Below, piece after piece: positions 42,408-51,915 of a stretch of 64,000 nucleotides of DNA. The stretch is from positions 160,001 through 224,000 of the forward strand of contig OZ243972.1 of NCBI GenBank assembly GCA_965214705.1. The letters run 5' to 3'. The DNA is from Alphaproteobacteria bacterium (lineage in GTDB: Bacteria > Pseudomonadota > Alphaproteobacteria > UBA828). The stretch's first letter is position 1; each line of letters opens with the position of its first letter. Below the pieces are notes generated by a model, which was given only the letters and a program-made list of their open reading frames with translations, was not told where the DNA came from and did not search any database. Made by a program: the position numbers and the translations under genes.

Positions 42408-43594
42408 CGTTCCACCAGGGCGATGCGCTTGTTGTACCAATTCATGAATGCGGACGTGAGCAGACTCAGCACCAGATAGAACGCCATGTAGAGGGAGATC
42501 ACCTCGAGCGCCTGTCCGCTCTGGTTGAGAATGGTATCGCCGATGGAGACGATATCCTGATAGCCGATGGCGACGGCGAGCGAGGAGTTCTTGGTCAGGT
42601 TGAGGTACTGGCTGGTCATCGGCGGGATGATCACCCGCAGCGCCTGCGGCAGGATGATCTTGCGCATGGTCAGCCCGCGCCTCAGCCCGAGCGCGCCGGC
42701 CGCCTCGGTCTGACCCTTGGAGACCGAGAGAATCCCGCCGCGCACGATCTCGGAGATGAAGGCGCCGGTATAGGTGGAGAGCGCCAGCCAGAGCGCTATC
42801 AGCTCCGGCGTGATGTTGAAGCCGCCCTTCAAATTGAAGCGCTTCTTCTCCGGGATGTCGAAATCGAGCGGCTGGCCGAGGGCGACATAGACGATCACGG
42901 GGATGCCCACGATCAGCCCGAGCCCGACCCAGCCGACCGGGAAGGTGCGGCCCGTCGCCTCCTGGCGTTTCCTGGCCCAGCGCCCGACCAGGACCGCCCC
43001 GATCACACCGATCAGGATCATCGCCAGCACGATCGCCGAGCCGTCCTCGAAGATGGGCGAGGGCAGGAAGATGCCGCGATTGTTCAGAAAGGCTGCATCA
43101 CCGATCGAAATGCTGTCCTTCACCCTGGGCAGCGCCAGCATGATCAGCCACCAGAAGATAATCTGCAGCAGGACCGGGACGTTGCGGGTGAACTCGACCC
43201 AGACCCCAACGATGCGGCTCACCAGGAAGTTGTTGGACAATCTGAGGACGCCCGTGACGAAGCCGATGACCGTCGCAGCGATGATGCCCATCACGGCGAC
43301 GAGGATCGTGTTGAGCGCACCGACCACGAACGCCTGCCCATAGGTCGAGGTCGACGCGTAATCGAGGAGGCGCTGGTTGATATCGAAGTTGGCGGTGTCG
43401 AAGAGGAAGCCGTAGCCGGAGGAGAGGCCGGCTTCTCTGAGGTTCGTGATCGTGTTTATAACGATGAAGGCGGCGAGTCCCGCCACCCCGAGCACGATCA
43501 GAATTTGAAAGATGACGCCGCGGGCGCGCTCGTCGGTCCAGGCGCGGCTTATGTCGAAGCCGCCGCCGCGTGGAGGCGCCGGTCTCTCGCTCAC
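42404..43594 (-). CDS. aapQ: general L-amino acid ABC transporter permease
   Basis: GALNT, RNVPVLLQI, EIVRGGI.SV.KGQTEA and QYLNLTKNSSLA. Confidence 0.92.
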   Translation of the reverse strand: MSERPAPPRGGGFDISRAWTDERARGVIFQILIVLGVAGLAAFIVINTITNLREAGLSSGYGFLFDTANFDINQRLLDYASTSTYGQAFVVGALNTILVAVMGIIAATVIGFVTGVLRLSNNFLVSRIVGVWVEFTRNVPVLLQIIFWWLIMLALPRVKDSISIGDAAFLNNRGIFLPSPIFEDGSAIVLAMILIGVIGAVLVGRWARKRQEATGRTFPVGWVGLGLIVGIPVIVYVALGQPLDFDIPEKKRFNLKGGFNITPELIALWLALSTYTGAFISEIVRGGILSVSKGQTEAAGALGLRRGLTMRKIILPQALRVIIPPMTSQYLNLTKNSSLAVAIGYQDIVSIGDTILNQSGQALEVISLYMAFYLVLSLLTSAFMNWYNKRIALVER

Positions 43595-43663
43595 GGTGGC
43601 GGCGCCCTCCTCACGTCAACGGAACAATCTCTCTTGTCTCAAATAAGCACTGATCAGAAAGAA

Positions 43664-43699
43664 TCACCGTCCCGCCCGGTCGCGCGGGCGGGACGGTGA
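43664..43699 (-). terminator. intercistronic stem-loop between aapJ and aapQ
   Basis: Perfect 15-bp stem TCACCGTCCCGCCCG-N6-CGGGCGGGACGGTGA. Confidence 0.65.
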
Positions 43700-43710
43700 C
43701 ATCGTTGATT

Positions 43711-44742
43711 CTAACGGAACGGAGGCGAATAGAGGATGCCGCCATCCGTGTACAGCGCATTCAGGCCACGACCCAGTCCGAGCGGGCTGTCGGGGCCAAT
43801 ATAACGGTCGAAGATCTCGGCGTAGTTGCCTTCCGCCGCGATCGCCCGGACCGCCCACTGCGCATCGAGGCCCAGCATCTCGCCGAGCGAGCCTTCCGTG
43901 CCGAGCATCCGGTTGATCTCAGGATGATCGCCAGCGGCTGCGGCCATCTCCTCGACATTCGCCTGGGTCACGCCGAGCTCCTCGGCCGTGATCAGCGCGT
44001 TAAGCGTCCAGCGCGCGATGTCCGCCCACTGGTCGTCGCCCTGGCGCACCAACGGACCCAGCGGCTCCTTCGAGACGATCTCCGGGAACACCATGTGTGC
44101 ACTGGGGTCGTCGAAGGTCGTCTTCGTTGCCGCCAGACCGGACGCGTCCGTCGTGTAGACGTCGCAACGCTCCGCCTCGTAAGCCGCGCGGGCCTCTGCG
44201 TTGGTCTCGATCGGCACCGGCTCGTAAGTGATGCCGTTGACGCGGAAGAAGTCCGCCAGGTTGAGCTCGGTGGTCGTGCCGGTCTGGATGCAGACCGAGG
44301 CGCCGTCGAGCTCGGTGGCGCTGCTGATACCCAAAGCCGTGCGGCCGATGAAGCCCTGGCCGTCATAGTAGTTGACGCCGACGAAGGTGAAGCCGAGGTC
44401 GACGTCGCGCGAGTAGGTCCAGGTCGTGTTGCGCGACAACACGTCGATCTCGCCTGACGCCAGCGCCGGGAAGCGGGTCTTGCCGGTCAGGTTGACGAAG
44501 GAAATCGCGTTGGCGTCGCCCAGAACGGCGGCGGCCATCGCCCGGCAATAAGCCACGTCGAAGCCGGTCCAATTGCCCGCATCATCGGTGTAGGCGAACC
44601 CCGGCAGGCCGGTGTTGATGCCGCACTTGAGCGTGCCTGCGGCCTTCACGTCGTCGAGTGTCGCTGCCTGGCCCGGAACCGCGCCCGCGGCCACCAGCGC
44701 GCCGGCCACCGCGACGGCGCCGGCAATCTTCTTGAAGCTCAT
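43711..44742 (-). CDS. aapJ: general L-amino acid ABC transporter substrate-binding protein
   Basis: Signal peptide; RNTTWT.SRD, YYDGQGF, GTTTELNLAD, SKEPLGP and GG..YSPPFR. Confidence 0.94.
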   Translation of the reverse strand: MSFKKIAGAVAVAGALVAAGAVPGQAATLDDVKAAGTLKCGINTGLPGFAYTDDAGNWTGFDVAYCRAMAAAVLGDANAISFVNLTGKTRFPALASGEIDVLSRNTTWTYSRDVDLGFTFVGVNYYDGQGFIGRTALGISSATELDGASVCIQTGTTTELNLADFFRVNGITYEPVPIETNAEARAAYEAERCDVYTTDASGLAATKTTFDDPSAHMVFPEIVSKEPLGPLVRQGDDQWADIARWTLNALITAEELGVTQANVEEMAAAAGDHPEINRMLGTEGSLGEMLGLDAQWAVRAIAAEGNYAEIFDRYIGPDSPLGLGRGLNALYTDGGILYSPPFR

Positions 44743-45209
44743 CCCGTCCTCCAGTCTGACTTATGGTTGCTGCACGCGCCCGCCACGAACAACTCGCAGA
44801 TGCTACGCGAGTCCGCGATTACCGCCCGCCCGCCCGCCAAGCGCGCGTCAGGACGGCAGTCTAGGCACCAAAATGGCCATGAACAAGAAAAAGAGTTGGG
44901 GCGGCTATGCTTATTCGGTTGAGCTATACGTTATAGCGATAATGTGAAAGGTGCTTGTCGGTATCTACTCTGCGACGCACGACTGTGCCTGTCGAAGCGC
45001 CGCCCTTGAGGCCGGCCGACCGGAACGGGATGATGGCCGCAACGGGACGGCGGGCGCATCCCGGATTTTTCGAGCCGGGAGAAGAGGACAGGGACTGACG
45101 TGACGAGTGCAGCAGAACCATGTGCCGGCTGCGCCCCCTTGCCCTTGGGCTGCCCCCGATATGGGTCGAGTGGCGGCGCGCTCGGCCGCACCCGCGACCG
45201 CTCTCGCCG

Positions 45210-46136
45210 ATGACGGACGCCGCACCCTCGGCCGGTGGCACCGAGCCGCTACCGCGCCGGGGCTTCGTTCTTCTGGCAGCGCTGACGGTGCTGTGGGGCG
45301 TCAACTGGCCGATGCTCAAGCTCGCGCTCAACGAGCTGCCGGTGCTCACCTTCCGTGGAAGCTGCCTCTTCTTCGCAGGCCTGGTCATCATTGCCCTCCA
45401 CTGCGCGATCGGCCGCTCGATCAAAGTGCCGCGCCGGCAGTGGCGGCCGCTCCTGATCACCGGGTTCTTCAACATCACCGTCTGGCACCTCGCGACCGGG
45501 TTCGGGCTGGTCTACACGACCTCCGGCCGTGCCTCGATCATCGCCTACACGATGCCGATCTGGACCGTGCCGGTGGGCTATTTCGTGCTCGGCGAGCGAC
45601 CGGGCTGGCGGCGGCTGAGCGCGCTCGCGCTGGGCTCCGCCGGGTTGGGGGTGTTGATCGCGACCGACGCCCAGACCCTCAGCGCCGCACCACTGGGGCC
45701 GCTCCTGGTGCTCGTGGGCGCCGTCGGCTGGGCCTGCGGCACTGTCGCGCTCAAGCGCACCGATTGGCAAGTCTCCATGTGGGTGCTGGTCGGCTGGCAA
45801 TGCCTGATCTGCGGCTTGCCGATCTTCGTCGCAGCGGCCGTGGTGGACGCCGACACGGTACAATTCCCGTCGCTCTGGCCGCTAGTTTCGGTGATTTACA
45901 ACGTCTTCGCGCCGTTCGTTATCTGCTACTACATCTATTATGAGATCGTGCGGATGTTCCCGACCGGGGTGGCGACCGTGGGAACACTGGGCATCCCGAT
46001 GGTGGGGCTTTTCAGCGGAGCCCTGATCCTGGGCGAGCCGCTGGGCTGGAGCGAGTTCACCGCCCTCGGCCTGGTCATCGCAGCACTCGCGGTGCCGGTG
46101 ATGACGCGGCGCGAGAGCTTCGCGCGCAGCGGGTGA
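45210..46136 (+). CDS. EamA/DMT family transporter
   Basis: LWGVNWP..K, YTMPIW, LGER and LILGE; about ten hydrophobic segments. Confidence 0.88.
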   Translation: MTDAAPSAGGTEPLPRRGFVLLAALTVLWGVNWPMLKLALNELPVLTFRGSCLFFAGLVIIALHCAIGRSIKVPRRQWRPLLITGFFNITVWHLATGFGLVYTTSGRASIIAYTMPIWTVPVGYFVLGERPGWRRLSALALGSAGLGVLIATDAQTLSAAPLGPLLVLVGAVGWACGTVALKRTDWQVSMWVLVGWQCLICGLPIFVAAAVVDADTVQFPSLWPLVSVIYNVFAPFVICYYIYYEIVRMFPTGVATVGTLGIPMVGLFSGALILGEPLGWSEFTALGLVIAALAVPVMTRRESFARSG

Positions 46137-46203
46137 CGGGCGGGCGGGCACGCGGCTCTCGGGCGCCACCGGGTCGAGAATCGGTCCGCATGCAGGGCCA
46201 ACC

Positions 46204-46233
46204 CTTGAACGGGCGCCGTGGCCGCCCCTATGT
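46204..46233 (+). promoter_or_regulatory. RpoH (sigma32)-type promoter of trxB
   Basis: CTTGAA-N15-CCCCTATGT. Confidence 0.6.
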
Positions 46234-46282
46234 TTGTCACTCTTGCTGCCGGCGCCCGCGCCGGCCTTGACGGGAGACGCGC

Positions 46283-47251
46283 ATGGCGACGACCCACCGC
46301 AGCAAGGTCGTGATCATCGGCTCCGGCCCTGCCGGCTACTCTGCGGCGATCTACGCCGCGCGCGCCAACCTTGAGCCGATCATGGTCCAGGGCCTCGAGC
46401 CCGGCGGTCAACTCACTATCACCACCGATGTCGAAAACTATCCGGGCTTTGCCGACATTATTCAGGGGCCGTGGCTCATGGAGCAGATGGCGGGCCAGGC
46501 TGGGGCAGTGGGCACGCGGCTGATCCACGACATGATCGTCGCCGCGGATTTGGCCAAACGGCCCTTCGTCTGCACCGGCGATTCCGGCGATGTCTACATC
46601 GGCGACACCGTCATCATCTGCACGGGCGCGCAGGCGAAGTGGCTGGGCCTGGAGAGCGAGCAGCGCTTCATGGGCTTCGGCGTCTCGGCCTGTGCGACAT
46701 GCGACGGATTCTTCTTCCGCGGCAAGGAAGTCGCGGTGATCGGCGGCGGCAATACTGCCGTCGAAGAGGCGCTCTATCTCACCAATCACGCGAGCAAGGT
46801 CACCCTCGTCCACCGTCGCGACGCGCTCAGGGCCGAGAAAATTCTGCAGGACCGTCTGTTCCGAAACGACAAGATCGAGGTCCTGTGGGACCACGTGCTC
46901 GACGAGATCGAGGGCGAGATCGACCCGCCGACGGTGACGGGAATCGCGGTGCGCCACGTCAAGACCGATGCGGTGCAGCGAATCCCGCTCGCGGGCGTGT
47001 TCATCGCCATCGGGCACCGGCCCAACACCGAACTCTTCGCGGGCCAGCTTACGATGGACGACGAGGGCTACATCCAGACGATGGCGGACAGCACGAAGAC
47101 CAACGTGCCGGGCGTGTTCGCCGCCGGCGACGTGCAGGACAAGGTGTTTCGGCAAGCGGTAACCGCCGCCGGCACCGGCTGCATGGGTGCGCTGGAGGCC
47201 GAGAAGTTTCTCGCCGAGGCCGAGACGCCGGAGGCCGCTGCCGCGGCGTGA
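46283..47251 (+). CDS. trxB: thioredoxin reductase
   Basis: IIGSGPAG, GGQL, CATCDG, GGGNTAVEEA and FAAGDV. Confidence 0.97.
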   Translation: MATTHRSKVVIIGSGPAGYSAAIYAARANLEPIMVQGLEPGGQLTITTDVENYPGFADIIQGPWLMEQMAGQAGAVGTRLIHDMIVAADLAKRPFVCTGDSGDVYIGDTVIICTGAQAKWLGLESEQRFMGFGVSACATCDGFFFRGKEVAVIGGGNTAVEEALYLTNHASKVTLVHRRDALRAEKILQDRLFRNDKIEVLWDHVLDEIEGEIDPPTVTGIAVRHVKTDAVQRIPLAGVFIAIGHRPNTELFAGQLTMDDEGYIQTMADSTKTNVPGVFAAGDVQDKVFRQAVTAAGTGCMGALEAEKFLAEAETPEAAAAA

Positions 47252-47279
47252 GCACCGGCGCGGCGCCGGGGGCGCTGCC

Positions 47280-48170
47280 ATGGATTGGAACCGGCTACGA
47301 ATATTCCAGACGGTCGCCGAGCACGGCAGCTTCACCCGCGCCGGCGACATCTTGGAACTCAGCCAGTCGGCGGTGAGCCGCCAGATCGCGGCGCTGGAGA
47401 AGAGCCTCGGCGCGGTCCTGTTCCACCGCCACTCGCGCGGCCTGCTGCTGACCGAACAGGGCGAGGCGCTCTACCGCACGGTCCGCGAGGTCTCGGCCAA
47501 GCTCGCGATGACCGAGGCGCAGATCACCGACGCCCGCGACCGGCCCTCAGGTCCCTTGAAGATCACGACGACGGTCTCCTTCGCCTCGGTCTGGCTGACG
47601 CCCCGGATCCCCGCCTTCAACAGCCTTTATCCGGAGATCAAGATCACTCTGCTGACCTCGGACAACCTGCTGGACCTCGCCATGCGCGAGGCGGACGTGG
47701 CGATCCGCATGATCGAACCGACCGAGCCCGATCTCGTCCGCCGTCACCTGATGACCGTCTATTCGTACATCTACGCCTCGCCGGACTATCTGGCCCGTTT
47801 CGGGCCGATCGAGACGGTGGACGACCTCGCCCGCCAGCGCCTGATCATCTATGGCCAGGGACCGCTCACCCCCATCGCCAATCCGGACTGGCTGATCGGC
47901 ATTTCGGGCAATCCGACGGCCGACGGCCGCATCGTGTTGGAAGCGAATAACATTTATTGCATGCGCGAAGCCGTGGAGAGCGGCTTGGGGATCGCCGCGC
48001 TGCCTGACTACGTGGCCTGGGGCAGCAAGCGGCTCCAGCGCGTGCTGCCGGACCGTCAGGGTCCGCCCTTCGAAGCCTTCTTCACCTACGCCGAGGAGTT
48101 GCGATACTCCAAGAGAATCGGGGTTTTCCGCGACTTTCTGCTCTCCGAGGTGGCCAAGTGGCGCTCCTGA
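47280..48170 (+). CDS. LysR-family regulator, LsrB/VtlR-type
   Basis: MDW..LRIF..VAE.GSFT.AG..L.LSQSAVSRQI, LFHRH.RGL.LTEQGE and FRDFL; trxB-lsrB synteny. Confidence 0.88.
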   Translation: MDWNRLRIFQTVAEHGSFTRAGDILELSQSAVSRQIAALEKSLGAVLFHRHSRGLLLTEQGEALYRTVREVSAKLAMTEAQITDARDRPSGPLKITTTVSFASVWLTPRIPAFNSLYPEIKITLLTSDNLLDLAMREADVAIRMIEPTEPDLVRRHLMTVYSYIYASPDYLARFGPIETVDDLARQRLIIYGQGPLTPIANPDWLIGISGNPTADGRIVLEANNIYCMREAVESGLGIAALPDYVAWGSKRLQRVLPDRQGPPFEAFFTYAEELRYSKRIGVFRDFLLSEVAKWRS

Positions 48171-48179
48171 TCCGCCCGT

Positions 48180-48202
48180 AGCCATGAACTAAACGCATGG
48201 CT
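48180..48202. promoter_or_regulatory. palindromic LysR-type (T-N11-A) site
   Basis: AGCCATG-N9-CATGGCT dyad directly after the LysR gene. Confidence 0.45.
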
Positions 48203-48257
48203 GGTTTGCTTCCCATGCCCTAGCGCATTTGTTTCGGCACGATTACATATTGCGCCG

Positions 48258-48420
48258 CAGCATGACGCGTGCGTCATGCGACGAGGATTAGCCGGGGTGC
48301 CCACCCCGGTTTGTCGTCTTCAGGTGCAAGGCCTGAAGGGGATCCTCGGATCCCACGTCTCCTAGACGTGAAGCCTCCCTGTTAGACTGGCCGGGTCTTC
48401 GGACCCGGCCTTCCTTTTTT
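48258..48420 (+). ncRNA. putative small RNA with MmgR/suhB (alpha-r8)-like 3' module; 5' end uncertain
   Basis: Run of hairpins, then single-stranded anti-SD CCTCCCT, TAGACT and terminator. Confidence 0.6.
48389..48420 (+). terminator. Rho-independent terminator
   Basis: GGCCGGGTC-TTCG-GACCCGGCC followed by TTCCTTTTTT. Confidence 0.85.
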
Positions 48421-48512
48421 CGGCACGCGCGATGAGGCCACCCCGGTCCAGCCCGGTCCCCCGCTCGGGCCGGGGTCGATAGAGTGCGGCCGCCACAGCA
48501 TGGGTGATGGTC

Positions 48513-49639
48513 ATGGATTTCCTCCGCCCCGAAATCGCCGCCCTGGAGCAGAACGGGATTACCCGCGTCGCCCTGACCCGCATCGGCGACCCGAAGGTGA
48601 TCGCGCTCTGGTTCGGCGAAGGCGATGCCGTGACCGACGAGTTCATTCGCGCAGCGGCCAAAGAGGCACTCGATGCGGGCGATACCTTCTACACCCACAC
48701 CCGCGGCAAGCAGGCCCTGCGCGACGCGCTGAAGCGCTACCTCGACTCCCTCTACGGCATCGACCTCGATCCCGACCGGATCACCGTGCCGGGCGCAACC
48801 ATGCTCGGCATCACCATTGCCGCGCAGATGGCGCTGACCACCGGCGATCACGCGATCATCATCGGCCCGGTCTGGCCCAACATCGAAAGCACCTACCAGG
48901 CGACCGGCGCCGAGGTGACGTATGTGAGCCAGCGGCGGACGGAGGCCGGCTGGCAGCTCGATCTCGACGACGTCCGGGCCGCGCTGCGCCCCCGCACCCG
49001 CTCGCTCTTCGTCAACTCACCCTGCAACCCGACCGGCTGGGTGATGCCCGCCGAGCAGCAGGCCGAGCTGCTCGCTCTCTGCCGGGAGCGGAACATCCTC
49101 CTGATCGCCGACGAGGTCTACCATCGCAGCGTCTATGACAGCGACGTCGCGCCCTCCTTCATGACGCTGGCGCGCGACGACGATCCGGTCATCGTCGTGA
49201 GCGGGTTCTCCAAGGCCTGGGCCATGACCGGGTGGCGGGTCGGCTGGGTGGTTGCGCCGAGCCGGCATGCCGAGACCTGGGCGATCCTCTCCGAATGTTT
49301 CAATACGGGGGCGACCGTGTTCGTGCAGCAGGCCGCGATCACGGCGCTGGAACGGGGCGAGGAGACGGTCGCCCGGCTGCGCGATCAGTACGCGAGGGGA
49401 CGAGAGATCGTGACCGAGGTGCTGGGGCGTTGCCCGCGCATCGAACTCACGGAGCCGCAGGGCGCGTTCTATGCCTTTCCGCGCGTGCGGGGACTCACGT
49501 CGAGCCTCGCGTTCGTGGAGGGCGTGCTCGCGGAGGAGGACGTTGGCATCGCGCCGGGCTACACCTTCGGCTCCGGCAACGAGGAGCATTTCCGGCTCTG
49601 CTTCGCACATTCGCACGATGCCCTGCGCGAGGGGCTCGA
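48513..49639 (+). pseudogene. class I/II PLP aminotransferase, 5' part, interrupted by IS1634 near its C-terminus
   Basis: LWFGE.D, NSPCNPTG, DEVY and SGFSKAWAMTGWRVG; reading frame resumes after the IS. Confidence 0.85.
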
Positions 49640-51799
49640 CCCAAGTTGGCACTTTTCCGCTGCCTGTGTTCCCTATTGGTTTGATTCAACGCGATATTTT
49701 TCTCGGTCGATTCCAACATGGCCCCACATTTTGTGAGATTCTGTCAGCTCATCAGACGGGTCCTCGTGCGGTGGATGGCGGGGTCCACGCCCGCCGCCGA
49801 GGAGATTGCGGCAACCTCGGCGGCCGGGCGCGTGTCCTGGCGGTTGACGATCAAGGTGCCGTCGGTCTGGCGCAGGCGCGTGGTGATCCGCACCCAGGTC
49901 CGCATGCTCTCGCGGATCGACGCCCAGCACTTGTGGATGCCGCGCGCGGCCAGCCGGGTACGGATCAGATGCACGGCGTGGTAGGCCAGCACGGCGATCA
50001 GCAGGTGGGCCGCGATGCGCCGGTCGAGCTGGTGCCAGATCGGGCGAAGGCCGAGCTCGGATTTCAGGCTCCGGAATGTCGCCTCGATATCCGTGATCCG
50101 CCAGTACGTCCGCAGGACCGTCTCGATGTCCCAGTCGACGTGGCTGGTGCGCAGCACATAGGCACCGGCGCCCTCATCGGCCTCGTCGTATCGCGGCCTG
50201 CGCTTGAAGCGCACGGCGGTGGCATTGGGGCCGGTTTTCGCCCTCTCGACCGTGATCTCGTAGTGCCTGGCGACGGCGGAGAAGCGCTGCTTGAGGCGGC
50301 CTATGCTCTCCAGCACCTTGTCGTAGCGCTTGAGGCGGCCCTTGACCGCAAGGCCGCCGTGGAGCCTTTCCAGCGCCGCCTCGAAGCGGTTCCGCCTCAG
50401 GCCGATGATCGCGTTCTCGGCCTTCTTCTTGCCCTCGCTGACGACGTAGAGCCGCGCCTCGCCGTCCTCGCTGGCAAGCCGCCAGGCCCGCACCTCGTGG
50501 CGCGCGCTGGTGATCAGCAGGGCCTCGGGTCCGCCCTCGGGCGGCGCAGGCCTGGCACCGCGGCTGACCGCGATCCAGTCGTAGCCCTGCTCGCCCAGCC
50601 ACGCGATGTTTTTCTCGGTGGCGATGCCCGCGTCCATGACCACCGTGGGCTTCGGCGCCGTGCCGCCGCACACCGCCTCGAGCCGCGCCAGCGCCTCGTG
50701 CAGCGTGCCCGGCTCGCTCACGTTGCCCGGCAGGATCTCGCAACTGCGCGGGAAGCCCGCGCCGTCGAGCGCCAGCGCCAGCGTGATGAGGGGACAGTCG
50801 TCGCGCTTCTGCTTGGAGCGCCCGAACCTGGGAAGCTCGCCGCCCGTGTGGCCGTGGTAGTGGACGTTGGTGAGATCGTAGAAGGCGATCGTCTCGGGCA
50901 GGTCGAGCAGTGCGCGCTCACGGTTGAACAGCTCCCGCTGGATGGCGGCGCGGTGGCGCCAGAGCAGGTCGCCGATGCGGTAGAGCGTCTTGCGCCGCAG
51001 CGCCTTGCGGTCGCCCTCCAGGCCCAGGAGCTCGGCGGCCGCGCTGTCGTGGCGGAGCCAGCGGCTGGTATCACGCTCGCTGGCGGGATGGACCATCCTG
51101 GCGACGATCAGCGCGCTGGCGATGCGCCCGTCGCGGCCCTTGATGTCGAGGCCGTGGAGGATTTCGGCGAAGCCGAGGGCGTCGAGGGCCTTGAGGCACA
51201 GGCGCTCGCAGCCGACGGTGCGCGGGTTCTCGTGCTCCAGGGTATCGAGGTCGACGGTGGCGATGTCGGGCTTGCGCGCCTCTTCCTGCATCGCCTCGAC
51301 GCGGAACCCCCTGGCCCTGAGCTTGGCGACGATGTCCTCGGCTGCGGCCCGCACATCCGCCTCGCCCTCGAACAGCGGCGGCTTGCCGTGAAGCAGCGCC
51401 TCGGCGAGTTCGGTGACGGCCTTCCACTTCTCGCGCGGCACCGGATAGTCGGTGCCGAGATTGAGCAGCGTCCTGTGGCGCACCTTGTCGCCGACGCGCT
51501 GGGCGAGCACGAGGCGATGGCTTCGGACCGGCTGGCCGGCCTTGTCGGTGTGTGTCCTGGTTGCCTTGATGTACATGGCGGCGCCGTTTCTGCGATGCCT
51601 GTTTCGCATACACGGCGTTCGCGGCATCTGGCAAGAGGGATATCGACTCAACTCCAAAGTCCTGGCCCCACAATTGGCTTCCAGGACCACGAATGGCAAA
51701 TGTGGGTCTCAGGTGTCCTCCAACCCCAACATCTAGTGGTTCAGCGCCGCAAAACTGGCTCGAACAGGCTCGGCTGGTCGGAAAAAGTGCCAACTTGGG
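49640..51799 (-). mobile_element. IS1634-family insertion sequence
   Basis: 17-bp perfect terminal inverted repeats CCCAAGTTGGCACTTTT; TCGA duplicated at 49636-49639 and 51800-51803; single transposase. Confidence 0.92.
49744..51576 (-). CDS. IS1634-family DDE transposase
   Basis: FYDLTN, FGRSKQKRDD, VVMDAGI and IEATFRSLKSELGLRPIWH...RIAAH..IAVLAY. Confidence 0.92.
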   Translation of the reverse strand: MYIKATRTHTDKAGQPVRSHRLVLAQRVGDKVRHRTLLNLGTDYPVPREKWKAVTELAEALLHGKPPLFEGEADVRAAAEDIVAKLRARGFRVEAMQEEARKPDIATVDLDTLEHENPRTVGCERLCLKALDALGFAEILHGLDIKGRDGRIASALIVARMVHPASERDTSRWLRHDSAAAELLGLEGDRKALRRKTLYRIGDLLWRHRAAIQRELFNRERALLDLPETIAFYDLTNVHYHGHTGGELPRFGRSKQKRDDCPLITLALALDGAGFPRSCEILPGNVSEPGTLHEALARLEAVCGGTAPKPTVVMDAGIATEKNIAWLGEQGYDWIAVSRGARPAPPEGGPEALLITSARHEVRAWRLASEDGEARLYVVSEGKKKAENAIIGLRRNRFEAALERLHGGLAVKGRLKRYDKVLESIGRLKQRFSAVARHYEITVERAKTGPNATAVRFKRRPRYDEADEGAGAYVLRTSHVDWDIETVLRTYWRITDIEATFRSLKSELGLRPIWHQLDRRIAAHLLIAVLAYHAVHLIRTRLAARGIHKCWASIRESMRTWVRITTRLRQTDGTLIVNRQDTRPAAEVAAISSAAGVDPAIHRTRTRLMS

Positions 51800-51855
51800 T
51801 CGAGCGGATCGTCCGCTACATCGAACGCCACGACAACGAGTTCGATTCAGCCTGA
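51800..51855 (+). pseudogene. displaced 3' end of the aminotransferase
   Basis: Removing the IS and one TCGA restores ...ALREGLERIVRYIERHDNEFDSA-stop. Confidence 0.8.
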
Positions 51856-51915
51856 ATCAGGAAGGAAAAGAGGACTATATTCGATAGTGACCGGCGCGAG
51901 GGCTAAGCTGCTGGC

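Noticed and set aside
49471-51855. 794-aa plus-strand ORF across the IS
   Set aside because: Antisense shadow of the transposase; only the last ~18 codons are real (aminotransferase tail).
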